Source of the DNA: Desulfuromonadales bacterium
GTDB taxonomy: Bacteria; Desulfobacterota; Desulfuromonadia; Desulfuromonadales; JAAXQG01
Direction of reading: 5' to 3'
DNA length: 54,200 nucleotides
Assembly (NCBI GenBank): GCA_012974445.1
Contig: JAAXQG010000289.1
Coordinates: 1 to 54,200 of the forward strand
Part shown: piece by piece, positions 8,673 through 17,628 of the stretch
Layout of the letters: every line of letters starts with the position of its first letter
How positions within the stretch are numbered: position 1 is the first letter of the stretch
Made by a program: the position numbers and the translations under genes
Notes under the pieces: generated by a model
Databases searched by the model: none
Told to the model about the DNA's origin: nothing
Seen by the model: the letters and a program-made list of their open reading frames with translations, nothing else

Positions 8673-10743
8673 TTAATGTCACCGTCTCCAGAGATCTGAT
8701 TTTCAGATGAGTCGCAATTTCATTATGTGACAACACGGCCAACGAGGGGAGAAAGCGCTCAGTCAATTTCTTGACATGAGGGCGGATCGTTGGCGGGCAT
8801 AAAAGCACGGGAACGCCGATCTGAGCCTTCTGCAGCGTATCGCTCAGACGCGTAAGTATATCCTGAGCCATCGCCGGATCCAGGGCCAGGTAAGAGCCCT
8901 GACTCGATTGATGCACTGCATCCTGGATAATCTGCTCCAACTGGCGGTCGAGTGTGACAATGGAGAGCACATTATCATCTCCCGCATATTGAGAACTGAT
9001 GGAGCGGGCCAGAGACTGACGTACATACTCTGTTAAAGAATCAGCATCCTGAGTTACAACGGACCAGTCGGCCAGAGTCTCCAGGATGGAGCGCAGATCC
9101 CGAATGGAAACCTGCTCCCGAAGCAAGCTCTGAAGTACCCGCATCACCGTGCCCAGGTTGAGCATGTGCGGCACCAGTTCCTCGACCAGCTTGGGATATT
9201 CCTTTGCAAGATTATCGAGCAAGTTCTGTGCCTCCTGGCGTCCCAGAAATTCATAAGCATGCCGCTTGATCAGCTCGCTGATGTGAGTGGCGGTAACGGT
9301 CGTGCAGTCCACCACCGTGTAACCGGCGATCTGAGCCCGCTCCTTCTTCTCCTCTGAGATCCAGGTGGCCGGAAGTCCAAAGGCAGGCTCCGTTGTGGCC
9401 TGGCCCTTGAGCGTTTCGGTGGCCATACCCGGATTCATCGCCAGGTAATGCCCGGGCAGCAATTCTCCCCCGGCAATGCGCACCCCCTTGAGCAGTATGG
9501 CATATTCGTTGGGCTTGAGCTGCAGATTGTCCTTGATATGGACAGCCGGAACGATGAAGCCCATATCCAGGGCAAACTGCTTGCGGATGGATCGGATTCG
9601 GGGGAGGAGTTCACCGTCCTGACTGGCATCGACCAGGGGGATCAACCCGTAGCCCACCTCCAACTCCAGCAAATCCACGTTGAGCATCGATTCGTAGTTT
9701 TCCGGCTCAGGCAGGGCGGCCTTGGGCTCATCGGAGACGGCTTCGAGCACCTCGAACTGCTGCTCCTTCTGCAGATGCCAGGCAATAGCTGCAGTAATAA
9801 TGGCCATGGTGATAAATACGAGAAAGGGCAGCCCCGGAATCAGGGCGAAGCACAGCAGGATCCCAGAGACGACCCAGAGCGCCTTGGGGTGCAGGGAAAA
9901 CTGGGCCGTCATCTCGGAACCGAAATCGCCCTTGCCCGAACTGCGGGTCACCAGAATGCCTGCGGCCGTCGAGATGATCAGAGCCGGCACCTGACTGACC
10001 AGACCGTCACCGACAGTCAATATCGTATAGTTGGCGGCGGCTTCGGCCACCGGCATATCCTTCTGAAGCACCCCGATTACAAACCCTGCGCCGATATTGA
10101 TCAGGGTAATGATGATACCGGCGATGGCATCTCCCTTGACGAACTTGCTGGCACCGTCCATCGCGCCGTGAAAGTTCGCCTCGTCGGAAATCTCTATCCG
10201 ACGGCTTCTAGCCTCGTCCTCGTTGATCAGCCCTGCGTTGAGATCGGCATCGATGGCCATCTGCTTACCCGGCATGGCATCCAGGGTGAAGCGGGCAGCC
10301 ACCTCGGCAACGCGCCCGGCACCTTTGGTGATAACCATGAAGTTAATCAGAACCAGGATAGAGAAGATGACAACCCCCACCACGTAATTGCCCCCCACCA
10401 CAAACTGCCCGAAGGCACGAATGACGTTCCCGGCGGCGTCCAGACCTTCGTTGCCTCGAAGCAGAATCAACCTTGTGGACGCAACATTGAGCGAGAGCCG
10501 CAGCAGGGTCACCCCGAGAAGCACAGCAGGGAAAACGGCGAAATCCAGGGGCCTGACCGTATAGAGGCTGATGACCAGTATCAGCAGAGCCACGGTGATA
10601 TTGATGCCCAGAAAAAGATCGAGCAGCACCGGCGGCAGCGGAATGATCATCACCATCAAAATGCCGACGAACCCGACCCCCACGAGCACATCGCTGCGCA
10701 CTATCATTCTGAACCATCGATTATTTGTAACAAAGTCCATCAT
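8662..10743 (-). CDS. flhA: Export apparatus protein FlhA
   Basis: RVAEVAARFTLDAMPGKQMAIDADL and GAMDGASKFVKGDA. Confidence 0.98.
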   Translation of the reverse strand: MMDFVTNNRWFRMIVRSDVLVGVGFVGILMVMIIPLPPVLLDLFLGINITVALLILVISLYTVRPLDFAVFPAVLLGVTLLRLSLNVASTRLILLRGNEGLDAAGNVIRAFGQFVVGGNYVVGVVIFSILVLINFMVITKGAGRVAEVAARFTLDAMPGKQMAIDADLNAGLINEDEARSRRIEISDEANFHGAMDGASKFVKGDAIAGIIITLINIGAGFVIGVLQKDMPVAEAAANYTILTVGDGLVSQVPALIISTAAGILVTRSSGKGDFGSEMTAQFSLHPKALWVVSGILLCFALIPGLPFLVFITMAIITAAIAWHLQKEQQFEVLEAVSDEPKAALPEPENYESMLNVDLLELEVGYGLIPLVDASQDGELLPRIRSIRKQFALDMGFIVPAVHIKDNLQLKPNEYAILLKGVRIAGGELLPGHYLAMNPGMATETLKGQATTEPAFGLPATWISEEKKERAQIAGYTVVDCTTVTATHISELIKRHAYEFLGRQEAQNLLDNLAKEYPKLVEELVPHMLNLGTVMRVLQSLLREQVSIRDLRSILETLADWSVVTQDADSLTEYVRQSLARSISSQYAGDDNVLSIVTLDRQLEQIIQDAVHQSSQGSYLALDPAMAQDILTRLSDTLQKAQIGVPVLLCPPTIRPHVKKLTERFLPSLAVLSHNEIATHLKIRSLETVTLNAG

Positions 10744-10748
10744 GGAAA

Positions 10749-11804
10749 CTACCTTTTAAGACTGTAGACATAGGCCAGGACTTCTGCCACGGCCGTATAA
10801 AGATCTTCAGAAACCGGATGACCGATTTCCACCTTGTAAAGGGCCTGAGCGATGGGCTTGTTTTCAACCAGAGGCACCCTGTGCTGCCGAGCAACTTCCC
10901 GAATACGCATCGCCATGTGCCCGGAGCCCTTGGCCACAACCTGAGGGGCGTCCATGGTGGCACGATCATAGCGCAGGGCAACGGAAAGATGGGTAGGGTT
11001 GGTCAAAATAACGTCAGCCTTCGGGACCTCTTCCATCATGCGGCGCCGGGACAACTGCTGCTGCAGGGAGCGGATCCGGGCTTTTATGGCCGGATCTCCC
11101 TCCGCACTTTTAAACTCTTCCTTCTGCTCCTGCTTGCTCATCTTCATTTTTTGTTCCATCTCCCAGCGAACAAAATAAAAATCAATAATTCCCAGGAGAA
11201 TAAGAATCATACAGACCTTGACCATCACAAGGTAGGTGGTGCGTCCAAGAAAGCTGACCGTTTGAACCAGTTCCATATCCATCAGGGAAAGTGCCTGATC
11301 AAACTCTGCCCTGATCGTCAGATAGGCTACGAAGGCAATCAGCAGCACCTTGGCCAGCGACTTGACAAGCTCCACCGCAGAGCGCTTGGAGACAAGGCGC
11401 CCCATCCCCTTGATCGGATCGAATTTACTGAGATCCGGCACAAAGGGCTTGGTGGTAAAGAGAGGGCCGACCTGAAGAAAGGTAGAGAAAAAACCCGTCA
11501 ATAAGGAGATCAGAAAGATCGGCGCCAGCAGCAGAAGCATCTGAATCCCCAGCTCCCATCCCATGCGAACCACGCTCAGCGGGGTCACCTCAAAGTTGCC
11601 CAAAAGCTCAAAGGCACGGGCCACCAGCTCTTCCATGCTGCTCCAGAGCATCGGAGCGTAAAATATCCAAAGAATCAGCGACAGACAGATCAGGGCTGCC
11701 GTAGTGACCTCCTTGCTCTGGGCCACCTGCCCCTTTTCCCTGAAGTCCTCCCGGCGCTTCGCCGTGGCGTCTTCTGTACGTTCCTGACCGCTTTCTTCCG
11801 CCAT
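10749..11804 (-). CDS. flhB: Export switch protein FlhB
   Basis: ERTEDAT N-terminus and NPTH autocleavage site. Confidence 0.97.
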   Translation of the reverse strand: MAEESGQERTEDATAKRREDFREKGQVAQSKEVTTAALICLSLILWIFYAPMLWSSMEELVARAFELLGNFEVTPLSVVRMGWELGIQMLLLLAPIFLISLLTGFFSTFLQVGPLFTTKPFVPDLSKFDPIKGMGRLVSKRSAVELVKSLAKVLLIAFVAYLTIRAEFDQALSLMDMELVQTVSFLGRTTYLVMVKVCMILILLGIIDFYFVRWEMEQKMKMSKQEQKEEFKSAEGDPAIKARIRSLQQQLSRRRMMEEVPKADVILTNPTHLSVALRYDRATMDAPQVVAKGSGHMAMRIREVARQHRVPLVENKPIAQALYKVEIGHPVSEDLYTAVAEVLAYVYSLKR

Positions 11805-11814
11805 TCCGGCCTCC

Positions 11815-12591
11815 CTATAGAGCCCGCATCAGGTCGATAATCCGGGAGCCCATCTCCCCGAACTCCCGCGCGACCAGGGAGGCAAACAGACTCATGGTCA
11901 GCCCCATGATCAGCAATCCGAGACCGATATTGATGGGAAAGGAGATCAAAAACACATTCAACTGAGGAAAAACCCGGGACATGAGGCCGAGAACCACGCT
12001 GGAGATGATGAGCAGAGCCAGAACGGGAGCGCTGAATTTGATCCCCATGACAAAGGCGTGGCTGGTCAGCTCCATCAGATAGGGGATAGCCCCACCGGAG
12101 AAATCGAGACTGCCGGGCTTCACGATCCGGAAGGACTCGAGCACCGCACGGATAAACATCAGATGAAAATCCAGGGCCAGAAAAATCAGCAACGCGATGA
12201 CATTAAGGAACCTGGATATCAGTGAGGTCTGGGCGTTGTTGGCGGGATCCACAAGGGTGGCTGCCGCCAAACCCATCTTCATGCTGATGATCGCTCCTCC
12301 GAACTCCACCGAGGCGAGTATCAGCTGGGAGACAAACCCAGCCATGGCACCCAGAATCGCCTCGGAGACCACCAATAAAGCCAGAGACACGGCCGCAAAC
12401 TCTATGGTTCCCAGATGCGGTTCGACCACGGGGAAAACCAGCAACGACAGCATCAGGGTCAGACCAAGCTTGACCTTGGCCGGACCTATCCCCCCCCCCA
12501 GAGCCGGCATGGCTGCCACCATCCCAGCGATACGGGCCAGACAGACAAGAAAGAGTTGAAATTTTTCGAGAGGAAAAAGAGGAAATTCCAC
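11815..12591 (-). CDS. fliR: Export gate protein FliR
   Basis: Hydrophobic 258 aa with SRVFPQLNVF; GTG start. Confidence 0.95.
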   Translation of the reverse strand: MEFPLFPLEKFQLFLVCLARIAGMVAAMPALGGGIGPAKVKLGLTLMLSLLVFPVVEPHLGTIEFAAVSLALLVVSEAILGAMAGFVSQLILASVEFGGAIISMKMGLAAATLVDPANNAQTSLISRFLNVIALLIFLALDFHLMFIRAVLESFRIVKPGSLDFSGGAIPYLMELTSHAFVMGIKFSAPVLALLIISSVVLGLMSRVFPQLNVFLISFPINIGLGLLIMGLTMSLFASLVAREFGEMGSRIIDLMRAL

Positions 12592-12599
12592 GCCGGACC

Positions 12600-12869
12600 C
12601 TACCCCCCGACGGTGGGCAGAATATTAAAAATGCCCCGCACAAAAGCCAGGAGAGTCTGAATCATCCAGGGGGCAAAAAAGAGCAGGGTAAGAAAAACAG
12701 AAACGATTTTTGGAATAAACGTCATGGTCTGTTCATTGATCTGGGTGGCTGCCTGAAAAATGCTGATGATCAAGCCGACCACCAGCGCAGCCAGCATCAT
12801 GGGCCCCGCCAGCATCAGCACCGTTTCCACGGCCCTTCGTCCGATCTCCACCACAAATTCAGGCGTCAT
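12600..12869 (-). CDS. fliQ: Export gate protein FliQ
   Basis: FQAATQINEQTMTFIPKI. Confidence 0.97.
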   Translation of the reverse strand: MTPEFVVEIGRRAVETVLMLAGPMMLAALVVGLIISIFQAATQINEQTMTFIPKIVSVFLTLLFFAPWMIQTLLAFVRGIFNILPTVGG

Positions 12870-12881
12870 GGGCCTTCACTC

Positions 12882-13625
12882 CTAGGCAAAGCTCTGAAAC
12901 AGGGAACCGACAAGAAGAGACCAGCCGTCAACCAGAACAAACAGAAGAATCTTGAAGGGCAGCGAAATGACCACCGGGGGGAGCATCATCATGCCCATAG
13001 CCATGAGAACCGAGGCCACGACCATATCCACCACCAGAAAGGGGACGAAGATCAGAAAGCCCATCTGGAAGGCCCGCTTGATCTCCGAGAGCATGAAGGC
13101 GGGAATCAGTGTCATGGTCCCCACGTCTTCCCTGCTGGTCGGTTGCCCCGATGCAGAAATCTCGACCATCATCTCCAAGGTATTTTCATCCACCTGAGAG
13201 AACATGAACTCTCTCATGGGCAGCACCGCCTGCTCCAGCGCGACCTCAAGGCCAATCTGCTTCTGCATATAGGGTGCGATGGCCTTTTCGTTAATCTCGG
13301 AGAAAACAGGCGCCATGATAAAGAATGTCAGAAAAAGGGCCAGACTCACCACGACCTGGTTGCCGGGAGCCTGGGGCGTACCTATGGCCTGTCGTGCGAA
13401 GCTTAGCACGATCACAATCCGGGTAAATGCTGTGGTCATGAGCAATATGGATGGCGCCGCCGAGAGAATGGTCAGCACGGCCAGAATCTGCAGAGCCGTC
13501 GAAACCTCGGAAGGATCGGTGGCTTCGCCGATTCCGAAGGTGATGGTCGGAAGTCCTTGAGCCAGACAGATATTGGGGATCAGCAGCAGAGCCAGAGAGA
13601 TCAACAGTGGGCACAGACGCTTCAA
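12882..13625 (-). CDS. fliP: Export gate protein FliP
   Basis: MGMMMLPPVVISLPFKILLFVLVDGW. Confidence 0.97.
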   Translation of the reverse strand: MKRLCPLLISLALLLIPNICLAQGLPTITFGIGEATDPSEVSTALQILAVLTILSAAPSILLMTTAFTRIVIVLSFARQAIGTPQAPGNQVVVSLALFLTFFIMAPVFSEINEKAIAPYMQKQIGLEVALEQAVLPMREFMFSQVDENTLEMMVEISASGQPTSREDVGTMTLIPAFMLSEIKRAFQMGFLIFVPFLVVDMVVASVLMAMGMMMLPPVVISLPFKILLFVLVDGWSLLVGSLFQSFA

Positions 13626-13981
13626 GAGTTCACCTCGAGTTTTTTCCGAAGTTCTTCGTCGAATATTTTCTCACCGGGCTCATCGGTCCGGGCGAGAAAG
13701 TCGATCCGTTCTCCTCCGACCCCCAGAAGATATTCCTTGCCTCGAACCTCCACCAGGAAGAGGAACTTTTTGCCCCCAAGGGGACGGGTTTCCAGGATAC
13801 GGATCGCCCCTTCACGAGCATGGGGCAGAAAACGTACGCCCTTACGCATCAGGGCATAAAGGAGCAGCAGCAAACCCAGGACAATCCCCAGAGAGCCGAG
13901 CATTCTGAACAGAGGAGAAATTCCTCCCGATTCAGACGCCAGGGCCAGCGAGGGAATAAAAAACGAAACAAGCCACAGCAC
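13622..13981 (-). CDS. fliO: FliO/FliZ export assembly protein
   Basis: TM helix plus IRILETRPLG-KFLFLVEV-GKEYLLGV; lies between fliN and fliP. Confidence 0.88.
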   Translation of the reverse strand: MLWLVSFFIPSLALASESGGISPLFRMLGSLGIVLGLLLLLYALMRKGVRFLPHAREGAIRILETRPLGGKKFLFLVEVRGKEYLLGVGGERIDFLARTDEPGEKIFDEELRKKLEVNS

Positions 13982-13987
13982 CGTCGA

Positions 13988-14320
13988 TCAGCCCAGCCTC
14001 TCCAGTCGCTCCGAAGGACTGACAACATCGGTCAGGCGAATGCCGAACTTCTCATTCACTACCACCGCCTCCCCCCGGGCAATCAGTCGGTTATTGACGT
14101 AGAGATCCAGCGGTTCACCGGCCATCTTGTCCAGCTCGATGACGTAGCCTTCCTGCATCTGGAGCAGATCTTTTACCAGAAACCTGGATCGCCCGACCTC
14201 AACACTGACCTGCAAAGGGATATCTAAGAGAAAATCCAGATTGCGTGAAGCGTAGTCCGACGCCTCCCCTTCAGTACTTGACGTCGGTGCTGCCGTTGCT
14301 TCCCTTGTCGGTTCCATCAA
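13988..14320 (-). CDS. fliN: C-ring protein FliN
   Basis: LLDIPLQVSVEVG and ARGEAVVVNEKFGIRL. Confidence 0.96.
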   Translation of the reverse strand: MMEPTREATAAPTSSTEGEASDYASRNLDFLLDIPLQVSVEVGRSRFLVKDLLQMQEGYVIELDKMAGEPLDLYVNNRLIARGEAVVVNEKFGIRLTDVVSPSERLERLG

Positions 14321-15305
14321 TAATCCTCTCGCGAATTTTCACCGCTTTTTTTCTATTTCGGGTCCCGACCTTGGCCGAGAACTTGGGCAAATCACCAATA
14401 ACAATACTGATCGGCTCTTCGGGGCCAACGTCAAGATCTATGATATCGCCTTCTTTCAAGTTCAGTATGTCCCTGACCTTCAGCGATATGGACGCCAAAC
14501 GGGCCACGCACTCCAACTCCATGGACTTGAGATCCTCCCTGACCTGCATGCTCCATCGGGACTCCTTGCGCCCCAGGGGCATAGCGCGATCACGAAGCTT
14601 ATCTCGAAGCGGTTCCAGTGACGCATGAGGGATCACCAGACTCAGAGAGCCAGAGAGATTATCGACCGAAACACCGAACTCAGCGATGACGATCCCTGCA
14701 TCGGGCGCTACGATGTTGACCAGCCGAGGATTGGTTTCTATCTGCGCCAGAGTGGCCTGAACTTCGATGAGGGGTTGAAGCGCTTTTTGAAGATCAGAAC
14801 AACAATCAGAGAGGACCCCCCGGATCACATTTTTTTCAATGGCGGTCAGCGTTCGATCCAGACTCAGTAGCTGAGAATCGATTGAGCCTCCCAGCAGAAT
14901 CTCGACCAACGCGAAGGAGAGCTGGCCATCAAAGATAAGTAGTCCTGGAGCCTTAAGAGGATCGAGCCCCACAATCCCGATCGAGCCCTTCCCAGAGAGG
15001 CGCTGCAGATAGGGCTCGAAATCCATAGATTTGGAACCGGCGGGCTTAACCGCGACATACCGCTGGAGCCGGTTGGTAAAAGAGATGGAGAGATGCCGGG
15101 CGAAATTCTCCAGGAGAATATCCAGATTCGGCATCCTCCAGTTTCCCATGCCTTGAGCGCGGGTCAGATCAAGTCGTCGGACCTCCCGGGGCTTGGCCGC
15201 ACCAGGCTGATACGAACGGTCCTCATGGGACTCAGGATCAATTTCGCCGTGCTTGACTGCCGCAAGCAGTTCAGAGATTTCATCTTTGGAAAGAATTCGT
15301 TCCAT
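14271..15305 (-). CDS. fliM: C-ring protein FliM
   Basis: CheY-binding ILSKDEISELL, LLGG motif and C-terminal SpoA domain; overlaps the fliN start by about 50 nt. Confidence 0.95.
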   Translation of the reverse strand: MERILSKDEISELLAAVKHGEIDPESHEDRSYQPGAAKPREVRRLDLTRAQGMGNWRMPNLDILLENFARHLSISFTNRLQRYVAVKPAGSKSMDFEPYLQRLSGKGSIGIVGLDPLKAPGLLIFDGQLSFALVEILLGGSIDSQLLSLDRTLTAIEKNVIRGVLSDCCSDLQKALQPLIEVQATLAQIETNPRLVNIVAPDAGIVIAEFGVSVDNLSGSLSLVIPHASLEPLRDKLRDRAMPLGRKESRWSMQVREDLKSMELECVARLASISLKVRDILNLKEGDIIDLDVGPEEPISIVIGDLPKFSAKVGTRNRKKAVKIRERIIDGTDKGSNGSTDVKY

Positions 15306-15313
15306 GAAGCAGC

Positions 15314-15826
15314 CTACTGCACAACAAAGTCGGTGAAATAGACCTTGTTGACCTTTGCCTGCTGCAACAGGGCATTGATCCGTGCAATGAGCTCCGCACG
15401 CAATTGAAGCTTGCCTTGAAGGTCACGGACCTCATTAAATGTTTTATTGCCCACTAGAAGTAAAATAGCGTCCCTGATCTGGGGCATCCGCTGCTCCACC
15501 TCGGGTACCGACTCCAGGCGATCCAGTTCGAGGGTAAGAGCGGCCTTAAGGTAACGGGCGTCCTGCTGCTCATCAATGATATTGATGATGAAATCTTCGA
15601 TCTCCACCATGGGGCCAATCATCCCAAGCCCTTCGGAGGAAAAATCAGCTTTTTCGGCCTGAGCCCTTTCAGGGCCAGCCTCATCCTTAGAATCTCCCAT
15701 AAAGAAGAAAAAGGCCCCGGCACCGATTCCGGCCAGCAGAAGCACAACGACGCCGACAATGATGAGCATTTTCGTGTTCATCTTGGGCTTTAATTCTGCG
15801 CCTTCCGGGCTATTCTTATCAGCCAT
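15314..15826 (-). CDS. fliL: Basal body-associated protein FliL
   Basis: N-terminal TM, QIRDAIL and VYFTDFVVQ. Confidence 0.95.
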   Translation of the reverse strand: MADKNSPEGAELKPKMNTKMLIIVGVVVLLLAGIGAGAFFFFMGDSKDEAGPERAQAEKADFSSEGLGMIGPMVEIEDFIINIIDEQQDARYLKAALTLELDRLESVPEVEQRMPQIRDAILLLVGNKTFNEVRDLQGKLQLRAELIARINALLQQAKVNKVYFTDFVVQ

Positions 15827-15848
15827 GTCTACTCACCTCTTTTTCAGA

Positions 15849-16592
15849 TTAAAATAGCTGTTCCCTCGAGTCGATCAGATAGGGAAGTTCATCACGGTAG
15901 CTGCCGATACTCTCAAGAACAAACTCGACCCGTCTGTTTTTGCCCCGATTCTCCGCTGAATCATTGGGCACAAGAGGTCTTTGATCGCCATAGCCTACAG
16001 CCGAAAGACGATCAAGGGGCAACAGCTGCTCGGTAGCCATAAATTTAAGCACATTGATCGCCCTGTTGACGGACAGATCCCAGTTCGTAGCCTTACCCGA
16101 GGCGGATCGAGTATCGTCGGTGTGCCCTTCGATGCGAAGATGCAGCGGCATGGGAGCGACAAGTTGAGCCGCCTTGCGCAGAGTCGGATGCGCTTCATCC
16201 CTCACCCGGGTTGAGCCCGCTTCAAAGAGAATGGCACTGTTGATACGCAGGATAATGGCTCCGCGGTCTTTGACCAGCTCCACGTCCTCATCAATACGCA
16301 ATCGTTGCAGGTCAGTGATCATCCGTTTGTAGGTGCGCTGCAGAAGATCATCCGCGATGGGGGCGAATTCCACGACACGCGGCTTATCCACAGAAGTCTT
16401 ATCCGAGCTGCGAAGTACCCCGAAGGCGTCCTTCAAGGATCCCGCAGCCTCCGTAAACTTCATATCATCCAGGCGGGCCATGGACAGAAGCAGGACGAAA
16501 AAAGTCAGCAGCAGGGTCACCATGTCGGCATAGGTAACCATCCAGGCCGGGGCCCCTGCGGGTCCTGATCTTTGTTTTTTCTTCTTGGCCAC
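15849..16592 (-). CDS. motB: Stator B subunit (PomB/MotS-type signature)
   Basis: WMVTYADMVTLLLTFFVLL TM with the conserved Asp; OmpA-like domain EGHTD...NRRVE. Confidence 0.95.
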   Translation of the reverse strand: MAKKKKQRSGPAGAPAWMVTYADMVTLLLTFFVLLLSMARLDDMKFTEAAGSLKDAFGVLRSSDKTSVDKPRVVEFAPIADDLLQRTYKRMITDLQRLRIDEDVELVKDRGAIILRINSAILFEAGSTRVRDEAHPTLRKAAQLVAPMPLHLRIEGHTDDTRSASGKATNWDLSVNRAINVLKFMATEQLLPLDRLSAVGYGDQRPLVPNDSAENRGKNRRVEFVLESIGSYRDELPYLIDSREQLF

Positions 16593-16598
16593 TTGGCG

Positions 16599-17366
16599 TT
16601 ACTTCCCGAAACTGCTGGCCCTGTGCTTGGGGGCCAGAAAGGCATGTAGCTTCTGTTCCATGATTCTGGGGTTCTCACCGGCCAGAATCGAGGTCATTCC
16701 TTCGGCGATCAGAGTTTTCTCCAACACCTCGGTCTGGGAGCGCAGCTTGAGCTTTCCCGACATGGGAGTAAAAATAATGTTCGCCAGAATGGCTCCGTAA
16801 AAGGTGGTCAGAAGAGCCACCGCCATAGCCGGTCCGATAGACGAAGGGTCGTCCATGGTCTGAAGCATTTTGACCAGTCCAATCAGAGTTCCGATCATCC
16901 CCATGGCCGGGGCGTATGTCCCCATGGCGATCATGATATCGGAACCGCTCTGATGTCGCTCCTGAATATATTCAATTTCACGATCCAGCAGATCGCGCAT
17001 CGCTTCGGGCTCCTGCCCGTCGACCGCCATCTGCAGCCCCTTGACCAGAAAGGGATCATCAATCTCGGACATCACATTCTGAAGGGAGAGAATCCCTTCC
17101 TTGCGAGCGCGGGTGGCAAAACCCACCATCTGTTGAACCGTCTCGTTCGCCTTGACTTCCTTGTTGACCAGCGTTTTTTTGGCGACAGAAAAAGCGCCGA
17201 AAACCTCTCTGAAGGGATAGTGGACCAGTGTCGCACCCAGAGTCCCTCCGCCGACAATCAGCAGGGAAGGCGGGTCAACAAAAAGGGTCAGGGGGCCACC
17301 GGAGACGATGGCCATGATCATCAGTCCGAATGCGGCAATAAGGCCCAGAATGGTAGACAAATCCAT
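16599..17366 (-). CDS. motA: Stator A subunit (PomA/MotP-type signature)
   Basis: ARKEGILSL, APAMGMIGTLIGLV, GPAMAVALLTTFYG. Confidence 0.96.
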   Translation of the reverse strand: MDLSTILGLIAAFGLMIMAIVSGGPLTLFVDPPSLLIVGGGTLGATLVHYPFREVFGAFSVAKKTLVNKEVKANETVQQMVGFATRARKEGILSLQNVMSEIDDPFLVKGLQMAVDGQEPEAMRDLLDREIEYIQERHQSGSDIMIAMGTYAPAMGMIGTLIGLVKMLQTMDDPSSIGPAMAVALLTTFYGAILANIIFTPMSGKLKLRSQTEVLEKTLIAEGMTSILAGENPRIMEQKLHAFLAPKHRASSFGK

Positions 17367-17439
17367 CGATCATGCCTCTACAGGTAAAATGTGCTGGAGC
17401 AGCTTCGCGTCAACGCTGGTAACATGCCAGCAAGCTTAA

Positions 17440-17456
17440 TGCTATTTGCATACCAG
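17440..17456 (-). promoter_or_regulatory. sigma54 -24/-12 promoter for the motA-fliL...flgJ segment
   Basis: Minus strand CTGGTATGCAAATAGCA (GG-N10-GC). A second GG-N10-GC, TGGCATGTTACCAGCG, lies at 17429-17414. Confidence 0.7.
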
Positions 17457-17570
17457 CCGAATAAAAACTTTGACTGCTATAATTCAGTTTTCCAGAAGAG
17501 CGCCTAGGATAAAGACCTTCGCCCGCTGATTCAAGCCTCAAGTCGCGTACGGACCTGAATTTTCCAATGA

Positions 17571-17610
17571 ACACAAAAAGAGGCCGCTTAATGGCGACCT
17601 CTTTTTGTGT
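17571..17610 (-). terminator. Rho-independent terminator after flgE
   Basis: Minus strand ACACAAAAAGAGGTCGC-CATTAA-GCGGCCTCTTTTTGTGT, a long stem with U-tract. Confidence 0.85.
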
Positions 17611-17622
17611 CAAAATACTGAC
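17609..17622. promoter_or_regulatory. Candidate FleQ/FgrM-type enhancer box
   Basis: GTCA-AAATAC-TGAC palindrome resembling the Pseudomonas FleQ box GTCAnTAAAtTGAC, about 155 bp upstream of the sigma54 -24 element. Confidence 0.5.
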
Positions 17623-17628
17623 TCTACT

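Noticed and set aside
7278-10767. Long plus-strand ORFs (410 aa and 439 aa) antisense to flhF and flhA; similar ones opposite glmS, flgI, fliG and pcrA
   Set aside because: Shadow ORFs expected from GC-rich codon bias; they overlap well-conserved genes and have no recognisable motifs.
14271-14320. fliM/fliN overlap as a frameshifted fusion
   Set aside because: Both proteins are complete and there is no evident slippery site; an ordinary overlap is sufficient.
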